Shown: positions 18,955 through 27,076 of the stretch, piece by piece
Layout of the letters: every line of letters begins with the position of its first letter
Position numbering within the stretch: position 1 is the stretch's first letter
Assembly: GCA_030040595.1 (NCBI GenBank)
Contig: JASHTL010000064.1
Span: forward strand, 1-32,858
From: Candidatus Micrarchaeota archaeon
GTDB taxonomy: Archaea > Micrarchaeota > Micrarchaeia > Micrarchaeales > CABMGC01
Reading direction: 5' to 3'
Length of the DNA: 32,858 bases
Made by a program: the position numbers and the translations under genes
The notes under the pieces: model-generated
What the model saw: only the letters and a program-made list of their open reading frames with translations
Databases searched by the model: none
What the model was told of the DNA's origin: nothing

Positions 18955-19103
18955 TTATTTGCCTCGATACCTTACTTATGATTGTTAATAATTAAGATAC
19001 TATCTTACTCTGGACAGATCGACGCAGGATTCCCATACCATGTATCATAAGCTTTATATCATTTTCAGGGGTCCACTGCGCCAGTCCACAAAGGAAACGT
19101 AAT

Positions 19104-19177
19104 TGGACTCGGCGGGATTCGAACCCGCGACCTCGCCGTTGCGAACGGCGCGCAAACTACCGCTGTGCTACGAGCCC
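19104..19177 (-). tRNA. tRNA-Ala (anticodon CGC), intronless, CCA not encoded
   Basis: GGGCTCG/CGAGTCC acceptor with G3.U70 and A73; CGCCG-TTCGCAA-CGGCG anticodon arm; GCGGG-TTCGAAT-CCCGC T arm. Confidence 0.95.
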
Positions 19178-20178
19178 TTTGGTAATAGTCTACCTGTCTT
19201 TATCCATTGGCCATACCTTTCTTTTATCAAAGGATGCGATGTACCTATATTGTACATCCATCTTCTTATATTCCTATTACCACGCAAAACTACGTCTCCC
19301 GAGTCTCGTTTATTTTGCCAATGAACATATGCTGGGAAATCTAAATTGTTTAGTAATTCTCCCATATCATAAAGGAACGACTTACTCCCACTAGATATTT
19401 TAAGTTCTAGATATTTGTAATCCTCGTCTTTTCTCGCGTATAGACAACCATCTGTATCAAGCAAACCACGCAACACTGACGCTTTAACATCTATTGGACT
19501 ATTGAATATCTGCTCTGTTATTCTCAATTTATTCTTCTTTTCACCTATGGGCATACCTAATGAATTAAAATAATCGAATATTAGTCTACTTTTTATCGGA
19601 ATGCCTATTACGTGTTCACTTGATCGTTTATAATAGTAACCCGATAAATTAAACCTCCTCTGTAAAATTGGTATTACATAATCTAGATAATAATGTAAAT
19701 CGTCGGTCATATTCCCAGTAAATAAGGTCTGATAGCACCAACGGTTTTCGTATGTAGAGAAAAATTTTGACAAGCATCCATCTCCCATGCAAATGCCTAC
19801 CAACTCCCATATTTGCGGATCCACCTGCGGTAAGTCCACTGTATGTCTAAAACTTCTAACGAATGCCATTCTTGAGTTTATCTGATTTTTATATTTCCTA
19901 TAAGATTCTAGACCTCCGAGGCGGTTTCCCCAATTGGAAGGATAGGTTTCTATGCCCTTTGAAACTTTTCTTTTAATATCTGGCGAAGATATGTCCAGAA
20001 GTTCATTAAAAACCTCTTCAGGTATAAGTCTAGTACCAGAACACCAATTCTTAACTGCAGAATAACCGTACCCTAATTTTTTACTTAGGTCTATTATAGA
20101 AATTTGATTATCTTGCAGAATATTGTCAAATAAGAGTGCTCGTGATTCATCATTAAGTCTTATTCTATCCCCACCCAT
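19168..20178 (-). CDS. Free-standing HTH + double-LAGLIDADG endonuclease-like protein overlapping the tRNA 5' end
   Basis: N-terminal HTH (ISIIDLSKKLGYGYSAVKNW); motifs ELVGICMGDGCL and VLRGLLDTDGCL; AT-rich; TATAAATA about 30 nt upstream; stop TAG is tRNA positions 8-10. Confidence 0.85.
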   Translation of the reverse strand: MGGDRIRLNDESRALLFDNILQDNQISIIDLSKKLGYGYSAVKNWCSGTRLIPEEVFNELLDISSPDIKRKVSKGIETYPSNWGNRLGGLESYRKYKNQINSRMAFVRSFRHTVDLPQVDPQIWELVGICMGDGCLSKFFSTYENRWCYQTLFTGNMTDDLHYYLDYVIPILQRRFNLSGYYYKRSSEHVIGIPIKSRLIFDYFNSLGMPIGEKKNKLRITEQIFNSPIDVKASVLRGLLDTDGCLYARKDEDYKYLELKISSGSKSFLYDMGELLNNLDFPAYVHWQNKRDSGDVVLRGNRNIRRWMYNIGTSHPLIKERYGQWIKTGRLLPKGS

Positions 20179-20289
20179 TCAGATCCGATTATAATAAAAA
20201 CCTCAGATTATTTATACCATTGGACAGCGTGGCTGACAAAGATATCAAGCGTTATAAGCTTTACATTGGGAAGTAATATCGGTGCGCCA

Positions 20290-20622
20290 ATGGCAGTGCA
20301 ATATCTGGGGTACATACTGATCGGGCTGGGCATAGCGATAATACTGCTTGCCCTGGTCCTCGGATACGGGGTCTACATAAGCGCGAGCGGAAACATCAAC
20401 AGCGCTGCGCTTGCCAGTCCAAGCAGAAACAGCACGATCAACGGCTCAGTGAGCACGCTCGCCAGCAACCTTCAGAATACCGCTACCGTAGGAACGTACA
20501 CTGCAATAGAGATAGCAGTGCTCTTCCTGATAGCATCGATAGGGTACAAGCTTTCGTACCTCGGGCTGCAGATGAACGGCAGGCAGAGCACGCCGGGCAA
20601 GCAGGCCAAAATGAACGATTGA
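20290..20622 (+). CDS. Small two-TM membrane protein
   Basis: Two hydrophobic helices; GGTG RBS at 20281; first gene of the cca cluster. Confidence 0.7.
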   Translation: MAVQYLGYILIGLGIAIILLALVLGYGVYISASGNINSAALASPSRNSTINGSVSTLASNLQNTATVGTYTAIEIAVLFLIASIGYKLSYLGLQMNGRQSTPGKQAKMND

Positions 20623-20643
20623 TTCGGGAAACAGGTTGAGAAC

Positions 20644-22023
20644 ATGGAAGTCAGGAAGATAAGAAAGGCTGAGCAGGTATTCGCGCGTGCGCTCTCCGAG
20701 GTAAAGCCAAGTGCCGTAGAGACTAACGCAACCATAGCGAGCATAAACACGGTAATGCACAGGCTCGGCAAGATCGTCGACAACGGCGTAGAGCTCAAGG
20801 TCGTCGGCTCCATAGCCAGGGGCACAAACCTCAAAGGCGATTCCGATGTGGACATATTCGTACTGTTCCACAAGAAAACCGACACGAAGGAGCTTGTGAA
20901 GAAGGGCCTGGCATACGGAAAAATCCTTGCAAGCGGCAAGCGCGACAGGTATGAGATAAAGTACGCGGAACATCCGTACATAAGGATCTACCTTGACGAG
21001 CTCGCGGTCAGGATAGACCTGGTGCCGGCGCTGAAGATAGACAGCATAGAGGAGATGGGCACCACAGTGGACAGGACGCCGATGCATGCTGATTTCATAA
21101 ACTCCAACCTAAGCGAGAAGCAGAGGGACGAGGCGCGCGTGCTCAAGTACCTGCTCAAGGAACACAACATATACGGTGCGGAGGTAAAGGTTGGCGGATT
21201 CCCCGGATACCTGTGCGAGATACTGATATACCAGTTCGGTTCGCTGCTCAGGCTTCTAGATAACGCGGCAATGTTCAGCCTTCCCGTCATACTCGACCCG
21301 AAAACGAAGAACAAGCTCAGCGACAAGTCCATTGCAAAGAGGTTCAGCTCCGATTTCGTGGTAATAGACCCTGTCGATCCTGACAGGAATGTCGCAGCCG
21401 GCGTATCTCAGGAATCGCTGGCGAGATTCGTGCTCCTGGCACGCCGCTTCGTCGCAGATCCGAGCATGAAATGCTTCTACGGGCAAGGTTTCTCCGACAC
21501 GTCTGCTAGGAACATGGTCGGCAGGTTCGTGAAAAGCTCCGGCCTGTCAGTGTATCTACTCTCCGCAAAGGTCCCTGATAAGAGCGAGGATGTGGTCTGG
21601 CCGCAGCTAAGGAAGGTTGCAAACATGGTTGCGGAACTGGCCTCGCGCTACGATTACGAAATCTACCTTACAATACCATGGATAGCGAACGGGTCAGGAA
21701 ACGTACTCTTTATAATGCCCGACTCAAGGGTCAGGGCCCGCATGCTTAAAGGCCCCGATGTCTTCATGCGCGACGCATCTAACAATTTCATAAAGACGCA
21801 CAAGGCCGCAATGGGCACGATTATCAGGGGATCATCCATCTACACCATAGAGAGGAACAGGTACCAGAGCATGGAGGACTTCCTGAGAGGAGTGCTCAAG
21901 AACGGAACGGTGGTAAGGCACAAGGACATAAATCTCAAGTCCGCTAAGCTCTACATCAATAAGATACCAAAGGAGCTCTCGGAGAGCGCCTATTCCGAGA
22001 TACTTAAGCGGATAACCCTGTAG
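20644..22023 (+). CDS. cca: Archaeal class I CCA-adding enzyme
   Basis: VGSIARGTNLKGDSDVDIF, YAEHPY, VDRTPMH, YGAE...GGFPGYLCE, IDPVDPDRNVAA. Confidence 0.96.
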   Translation: MEVRKIRKAEQVFARALSEVKPSAVETNATIASINTVMHRLGKIVDNGVELKVVGSIARGTNLKGDSDVDIFVLFHKKTDTKELVKKGLAYGKILASGKRDRYEIKYAEHPYIRIYLDELAVRIDLVPALKIDSIEEMGTTVDRTPMHADFINSNLSEKQRDEARVLKYLLKEHNIYGAEVKVGGFPGYLCEILIYQFGSLLRLLDNAAMFSLPVILDPKTKNKLSDKSIAKRFSSDFVVIDPVDPDRNVAAGVSQESLARFVLLARRFVADPSMKCFYGQGFSDTSARNMVGRFVKSSGLSVYLLSAKVPDKSEDVVWPQLRKVANMVAELASRYDYEIYLTIPWIANGSGNVLFIMPDSRVRARMLKGPDVFMRDASNNFIKTHKAAMGTIIRGSSIYTIERNRYQSMEDFLRGVLKNGTVVRHKDINLKSAKLYINKIPKELSESAYSEILKRITL

Positions 22024-22041
22024 GCAGAATCGGTTGTTGGC

Positions 22042-22848
22042 ATGGGATTCCTGGACGGAGTGGCTGGAAGGCTCAAGAAGTTCAGCGATGGCAGGATCGA
22101 AGGCAGGGTCGAGAGGATAACAAGGGAGACCGAGAGGATCGAATCGCAGTTCAGGGCCGAGGCAAAGAAATTCGGCATTGAGATATACAGGACGGCATCG
22201 AGGAACTACTACGAGATACTGGGGATAAGGTACACCAACGACCAGAAGCAGATCAGGGACGCGTATCTGAGGCTGATAAAGAGGTACCACCCCGACGTGA
22301 GCAGCGACGTCTCGGCCAAGGAAAGGTCCGAGGAGATTAACGAGGCGTACGGCGTGCTCAAGGACAGGTCGAAGAAACTCGATTATGACACCGCCTTCTC
22401 CAAGGGCACGAACCGGCTTGGCGCCGGAGCAAGCAGGGCCATGTCCGACGCGCTGCTCAAGAGGTACATGGAAATGCGCGAGAAGGAGTTCAACGAGTTC
22501 AGGGAAAGGATCTCCACGCCACAGTATAAGGATGCGATAAAATCTGCAATAGAGGATGTTACCGACTGGAAAAAGAGATTCAAGAAGTCGGAGAGCTACG
22601 TCTTCGGCCCGATTCTTGACCAGGCCAGGTCGATCCGGAAGCTAGGAAGGGTAAACAGTTCCATATTGAAGAGCAAATACGGATCCAGGTATTACGAGAA
22701 ACTGAGCAGGAACGCAAGGACTCTTGCGATGCTCTCCGAATCCGCATCAGAGATAGAGAAGGGAATAGCGGCTGTCGCTGCAAGCACAAGGTCGAAAATC
22801 GGAGAAGATGAGGAAAAGATAGCGCGCAGGCTGCGCGCATCGGTGTAA
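22042..22848 (+). CDS. J-domain protein (internal J domain, helical flanks)
   Basis: NYYEILG...IRDAY.RL.KRYHPD...INEAY.VLKD...YD; no G/F region or Zn finger. Confidence 0.85.
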   Translation: MGFLDGVAGRLKKFSDGRIEGRVERITRETERIESQFRAEAKKFGIEIYRTASRNYYEILGIRYTNDQKQIRDAYLRLIKRYHPDVSSDVSAKERSEEINEAYGVLKDRSKKLDYDTAFSKGTNRLGAGASRAMSDALLKRYMEMREKEFNEFRERISTPQYKDAIKSAIEDVTDWKKRFKKSESYVFGPILDQARSIRKLGRVNSSILKSKYGSRYYEKLSRNARTLAMLSESASEIEKGIAAVAASTRSKIGEDEEKIARRLRASV

Positions 22849-22850
22849 GC

Positions 22851-23474
22851 ATGAGACTCATATTGATAAGGCACGGGCGGACGCATTCGAATGCGAAGAG
22901 CATAGTTCAGGGCGACCTTGACAGCCTGAACAGGGAGGGCATATCGCAGGCAAGGCGCGCTGCCAAACGCCTCAGGAAAGAGGAAATAGACGTCATATTC
23001 TCGAGCGACATGAAGAGGGCAAGGCAGACAACCAGGGAGATAGTCAAGTTCCATGACGTTCCTGTATACTACGTCAAGGACATAAGGGAGAGGAACTCAG
23101 GAGCACTAAGAGGAAAACCGCTCGAGCGTATGCTTGAAGAGATGCGCAGGAGCGGAGTGCCTGCGCACAAATACGCGCCGAAGAACGGAGAGAGCATAGC
23201 CCAGGTGCGGAAGAGGGCCATCAAGTTCATCAGGAAGCTCCATGGCAGGTATAGGGACAAGACCGTGCTGCTTGTAACGCACGGACATGTCATAAGGGGA
23301 ATAGCCTCGTTCTATCTGGGGCTCCCGCTGGAGAGGCTTGTTGACGTGCCTGTGAAGAACACCGGAGTAATGATAATACGCTTTGAGGGAAAGAAGGCAC
23401 GGAAGGTGAAGGACGAGATGTTCCTCTGGAAATTGGAAAGATCAAGGCGCGCTGCCAAGCATGCCGGCAACTAG
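22851..23474 (+). CDS. Histidine phosphatase (PGM-like) family
   Basis: LILIRHG, SSDMKRARQT, RERNSG, GES, LVTHG. Confidence 0.92.
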   Translation: MRLILIRHGRTHSNAKSIVQGDLDSLNREGISQARRAAKRLRKEEIDVIFSSDMKRARQTTREIVKFHDVPVYYVKDIRERNSGALRGKPLERMLEEMRRSGVPAHKYAPKNGESIAQVRKRAIKFIRKLHGRYRDKTVLLVTHGHVIRGIASFYLGLPLERLVDVPVKNTGVMIIRFEGKKARKVKDEMFLWKLERSRRAAKHAGN

Positions 23475-24260
23475 CATGCCCTTTGCAGTAAGCCTGACAT
23501 GCCTGCTTTTCAGCACAGAGCCAACGCCCCTCTCCTCGACCAGCGAGAGTCTGGCGAGATCCTTCACCTGCTCCTCTATAAGCCCCTGGGTCCTGTGCAC
23601 AGGGCTCTTCTCCATTATCCTCCTTGCAAGATCCTGCACCTTGCTCTCGCCGGATTTTGCCAGGTCAACAAGTATCTGCTCCATGTAGCCCCTGTCGCCT
23701 ATGAACGCCACAACGGTTCCGTCGCCAAGCTGGACCGCCTTTGGCATCGCGTCGTTTATCCTCCAGACATTGAACCTGTTGATCAGCGACGCATACGATC
23801 CTGTCTTTGACTTCTCGCGCTCCGCGTCTGCAGCATGCTTCTCGCAAAGGTAGACGCTCTTGCCCTCGCTCAGCCTTATGAATATTTCCGCGGGCTCATA
23901 ACGCGCCTCCTCGTTGTAGCAGATGTCGCAGCAGAAGATCGCGGTCATAACATCCTGCTTTACCCCTGCCTTTATCTCCTTCATCCTGTACTGCTGTATG
24001 CCGGTGACCTTGTAGAGGTAGCCGCACTCCCTGCATCTCGAGACTATGCTCCAGTTGGTTCCGTGCGAGTCCGCAGGGGAGACCATGACCTTGAATTGCG
24101 GAGTGGTGGGTGTCATCGCCTCAGTGCTGAAATCCGGCCTCTCCGCATAGAATGCATCCTGCTCCGTGTCCTTCAGGCAGACAGGGCATCTTCTTATGAC
24201 AAGTTCAAGGGGATGCAGCACCATCCTTTTCTTCGACGACAACAGGACCATGCTATGCAC
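23442..24260 (-). CDS. Hypothetical Zn-finger + winged-helix protein
   Basis: CPVC...CREC, then CDIC...CEKH, and a C-terminal wHTH-like segment ending VRLTAKG. Confidence 0.65.
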   Translation of the reverse strand: MHSMVLLSSKKRMVLHPLELVIRRCPVCLKDTEQDAFYAERPDFSTEAMTPTTPQFKVMVSPADSHGTNWSIVSRCRECGYLYKVTGIQQYRMKEIKAGVKQDVMTAIFCCDICYNEEARYEPAEIFIRLSEGKSVYLCEKHAADAEREKSKTGSYASLINRFNVWRINDAMPKAVQLGDGTVVAFIGDRGYMEQILVDLAKSGESKVQDLARRIMEKSPVHRTQGLIEEQVKDLARLSLVEERGVGSVLKSRHVRLTAKGMLVAGMLGSAP

Positions 24261-25361
24261 CTAGGCATTGTTCCCTGTGACTACTATTACTGCGCTCTTG
24301 CCAACAAGCTCTCTCCTGCTTCTTTCGTACAGGTCCGCGAATCCTGCGAAACCTGCTGCCCCGCCTGGTTCCGCTCCGATTCGATTCCTGCCAAGCTTCT
24401 TTACGGCTGCGATTATGTCGGTGTCTTGCACGCGTATTGCGCTGCCTCTGCTCTCCCTGAGCGCCTTTATCGCCTCGAAACCGAAAGTGGGATAACCTAC
24501 CGCAATCGCGTCAGCAACTGTATGCGGCTCCACGTACCCGATCTTCCCCTTCCTATTATATGCCTTGACGAGCGGATCGCAGCCTGAGGACTGCACCGCT
24601 ATTATCCTTGGCAGCTTCTTTATCCATCCGAGCATCTGCCACTCCTTGAAGCCTTTCCAGAGCCCGGAGAGCAGGGTTGCGTTGCCGACTGGCAGGAAGA
24701 CCATGTCCGGAACCACGTATCCCGACTGCTCAATTATCTCATAGGCAACGGTCTTTTGCCCCTCTTTCCTGAAATGATAGTCGCCGCAGACGAATGCCGA
24801 TTCCGATACTGCGAATGACTCAGCCTTGCGCAGCGCCTCGTTGAAATCCTTGCTGACGCGGACCAGATCGGCCCCATACTTCCTTATCCTGGCCACCTTT
24901 GCCCGGTTTGCGTTTGCGCTTATGAAGATTGTAGCCTTTATGCCTGCTTCTTTCGCATAACGCGCAATGGACATGCCCATGTTGCCTGTGGATGCGCAGA
25001 CTACCCTGTCGTAGCCGAAGTCAACAGCCTTGGTTATCTCAAGCGCTGATCCGCGATCCTTGAACGACCTGGTTGGATTCTTCGTCTCAAGTTTGAACGA
25101 GAATCTGACACCATCGTATCTGGAGATGCGCTTCGAAACCAAGGGTGTGCCTCCTTCTCCCAGATCGACCCTGAAAGAGTCTGCTGGCAGGAAAGGCAGG
25201 TACTTTGCGTTGCTAGGCCTCTCTTTCCTGAAACCCTTGGGAAGCGAGAGCCTTGAATAGTCAAGCTCGACTTCGAGAATGGATCTGCAATTCCTGCATC
25301 TGAATGCAGTGCGATCGCGCGAATACCTGGAGCACCCTGCGCATTTCAGTCTATAGTCCAT
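24261..25361 (-). CDS. thrC: Threonine synthase (short archaeal type with N-terminal Zn ribbon)
   Basis: CAGC/CRNC, LGEGGTPL, NPTRSFKDRG, ASTGN, EGQKTVAYEI, PVGNA, VVTGN. Confidence 0.88.
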   Translation of the reverse strand: MDYRLKCAGCSRYSRDRTAFRCRNCRSILEVELDYSRLSLPKGFRKERPSNAKYLPFLPADSFRVDLGEGGTPLVSKRISRYDGVRFSFKLETKNPTRSFKDRGSALEITKAVDFGYDRVVCASTGNMGMSIARYAKEAGIKATIFISANANRAKVARIRKYGADLVRVSKDFNEALRKAESFAVSESAFVCGDYHFRKEGQKTVAYEIIEQSGYVVPDMVFLPVGNATLLSGLWKGFKEWQMLGWIKKLPRIIAVQSSGCDPLVKAYNRKGKIGYVEPHTVADAIAVGYPTFGFEAIKALRESRGSAIRVQDTDIIAAVKKLGRNRIGAEPGGAAGFAGFADLYERSRRELVGKSAVIVVTGNNA

Positions 25362-25432
25362 AAGATACAGAGTTTATTCTGATAGCAGGATTATATTTGT
25401 TGTTATGCCGCAACAGCAGATGCGCGAAGGCA

Positions 25433-26839
25433 TCACGTCTGTGTGCCGACAATTCCTGACACGCCGCTGACCGCAGAAGCTACGCTGCTCCCTATCCCCC
25501 CGCCCCCTATTCCAGTTCCTCCTATGCCTCCGCCTCCGCTACCGACATTTCCTCCATTCCCACCGCTCCCGCCACCAGTGTTCGCGCCTCCACTCGCGCC
25601 GCTTCCAATGCTTATGCCACCACCCCCACCTCCGATTCCACCTATGCCTGCAGCACCACCTCCAGATACTGCGGTTCCCACTGTTCCTCCTACGCCTCCT
25701 GTATAGTTACCTGCGCCTGTCGCCCTGCCAGTGCCAACTATCGGGTTGCCTGCACCCACATTCCCGGTAAAGTTGGTTACTATAAGCAGATTATTCCTGT
25801 ACCGCGAGACCATGTTTCCTCTTGGAAAGGTCTCGTTTGCCAGGAGAGAACCTGTTGTTGTGTTAATGCCTATTGTTGCGTTTTCATATTCTGTCAGGTT
25901 TCTTACCATATACCCGTTAAGGTTCATGTCAAAGTGCGAAGTAGCACCTATCCTGCCCTGGTGCTGCACTGATATGATGTTCCTGTTTGTCACTGCGATA
26001 GTCGCGTTGCTTGAATAAGTGGCAGTGATAGACGGAAGCATTACCACTGCTCCCGTTCCGGTTATGTGGAGCGACTTCTCCAGGTTGACGTCCAGGTTCA
26101 CCCAGTTGGTTGTCGCATTTGACACGTTGAATGTGGTGTTGAGCGAGATTATGTATCCCGGAAGCAGCACGCTCTGGTTCATGCCGTTGATCCTGGCCGA
26201 TACATTGCTGAGCCTAAGCGTAACATTGCCGTATTCGCCTGCAGGCAGTACCACGTTTGCTATCTCCTGCGAGATATTGTCCAGCGCCACCAGGTCAGCC
26301 CTGTCAGTGGTGAGCGGCAGCACGTACACATTCCCGGAAGACGCACTCGTGACGGAAATGCTGTTTATGCTTACGTATACGTCTGTAATGTTATAAGACT
26401 GAGGATCGTCTGACACGCTGAATACCGTGGTTCCGTTGCTGATAGGCGTTAGATTCGATGGAGAGGAGAATGCCGATATTGACGAGGTGCCGCTAACCGG
26501 GCTTGTATGGGCAGGGTGCCAGAATACCGTGAAGACCAGCAGGCCGACTACGGTCAACGAAACGAGGGCCGCCCAGATAAGCCTGTTGTCTGGCATTCCA
26601 GAACGCTGCTGTTCCTGCTTTTTGGTCTCTACCATAGCCATGTTAATTGAATAGTACTTCCATTTCTTCGAAGTGCTGAGGTTGGACTCCACTATCCTTC
26701 CAGATTCGAGAAGCTCATGAAGATGCTGGCTTACTGTTGACGGAGCCAGGCCAAGCTCTTGGCTAAGGTCTGTCAGGGTCCTGCTCTTCTTCTTTAGAGA
26801 TTCCAGTATCCTTGCCTTGGTCTCCCATGTTCGGCTCAT
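25433..26839 (-). CDS. Membrane-tethered regulator: ArsR-like HTH, TM, DUF4382-like extracellular domain, Gly-rich tail
   Basis: TKARILESL...TLTDLSQELGLAPSTVSQHLHEL...WKYY; TM; VFSVSDDP...VYVSINSI...LPAGEYGNVTL; poly-Gly C-terminus. Confidence 0.8.
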   Translation of the reverse strand: MSRTWETKARILESLKKKSRTLTDLSQELGLAPSTVSQHLHELLESGRIVESNLSTSKKWKYYSINMAMVETKKQEQQRSGMPDNRLIWAALVSLTVVGLLVFTVFWHPAHTSPVSGTSSISAFSSPSNLTPISNGTTVFSVSDDPQSYNITDVYVSINSISVTSASSGNVYVLPLTTDRADLVALDNISQEIANVVLPAGEYGNVTLRLSNVSARINGMNQSVLLPGYIISLNTTFNVSNATTNWVNLDVNLEKSLHITGTGAVVMLPSITATYSSNATIAVTNRNIISVQHQGRIGATSHFDMNLNGYMVRNLTEYENATIGINTTTGSLLANETFPRGNMVSRYRNNLLIVTNFTGNVGAGNPIVGTGRATGAGNYTGGVGGTVGTAVSGGGAAGIGGIGGGGGGISIGSGASGGANTGGGSGGNGGNVGSGGGGIGGTGIGGGGIGSSVASAVSGVSGIVGTQT

Positions 26840-27076
26840 TTTACCCCCAGATACGATACGTTCATGATGGTATTAAAGGCTCCTCCATGTTTCGGTTTTT
26901 ATCTCTGAACATGGCGTGCGCAGAGGCAGGGGCAAAACCGAAATATGCTTTAATGATATAAGTACTGCGAATCCGATATGATATCGGTTTAGAGGATGAA
27001 GGACTCTCCGGGATCCGTGTGGCACACCATTGCGCGCACGATTCCGCGCCTGTCCTGACCCATAACCCCACAATAA

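Larger units (their letters stand above)
15567..19114. mobile_element. tRNA-anchored accessory island / cassette array without integrase
   Basis: Bounded by tRNA 3'-end direct repeats, with internal repeats between genes. AT-rich from ~16150 (sampled lines about 32-42% GC versus 50% or more in the flanks). Carries TA and Fic cargo. Confidence 0.75.

Noticed and set aside
19168-20178. LAGLIDADG ORF as an intein or tRNA/rRNA intron-encoded protein
   Set aside because: No host extein or splice-junction residues. The tRNA is complete and uninterrupted, and no second exon is visible upstream.
23835-24587. 250 aa plus-strand ORF
   Set aside because: Antisense to thrC and the Zn-finger gene.
25443-25706. 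Pro-rich 87 aa ORF / apparent C-rich repeat
   Set aside because: It is the reverse complement of Gly codons in the regulator tail.
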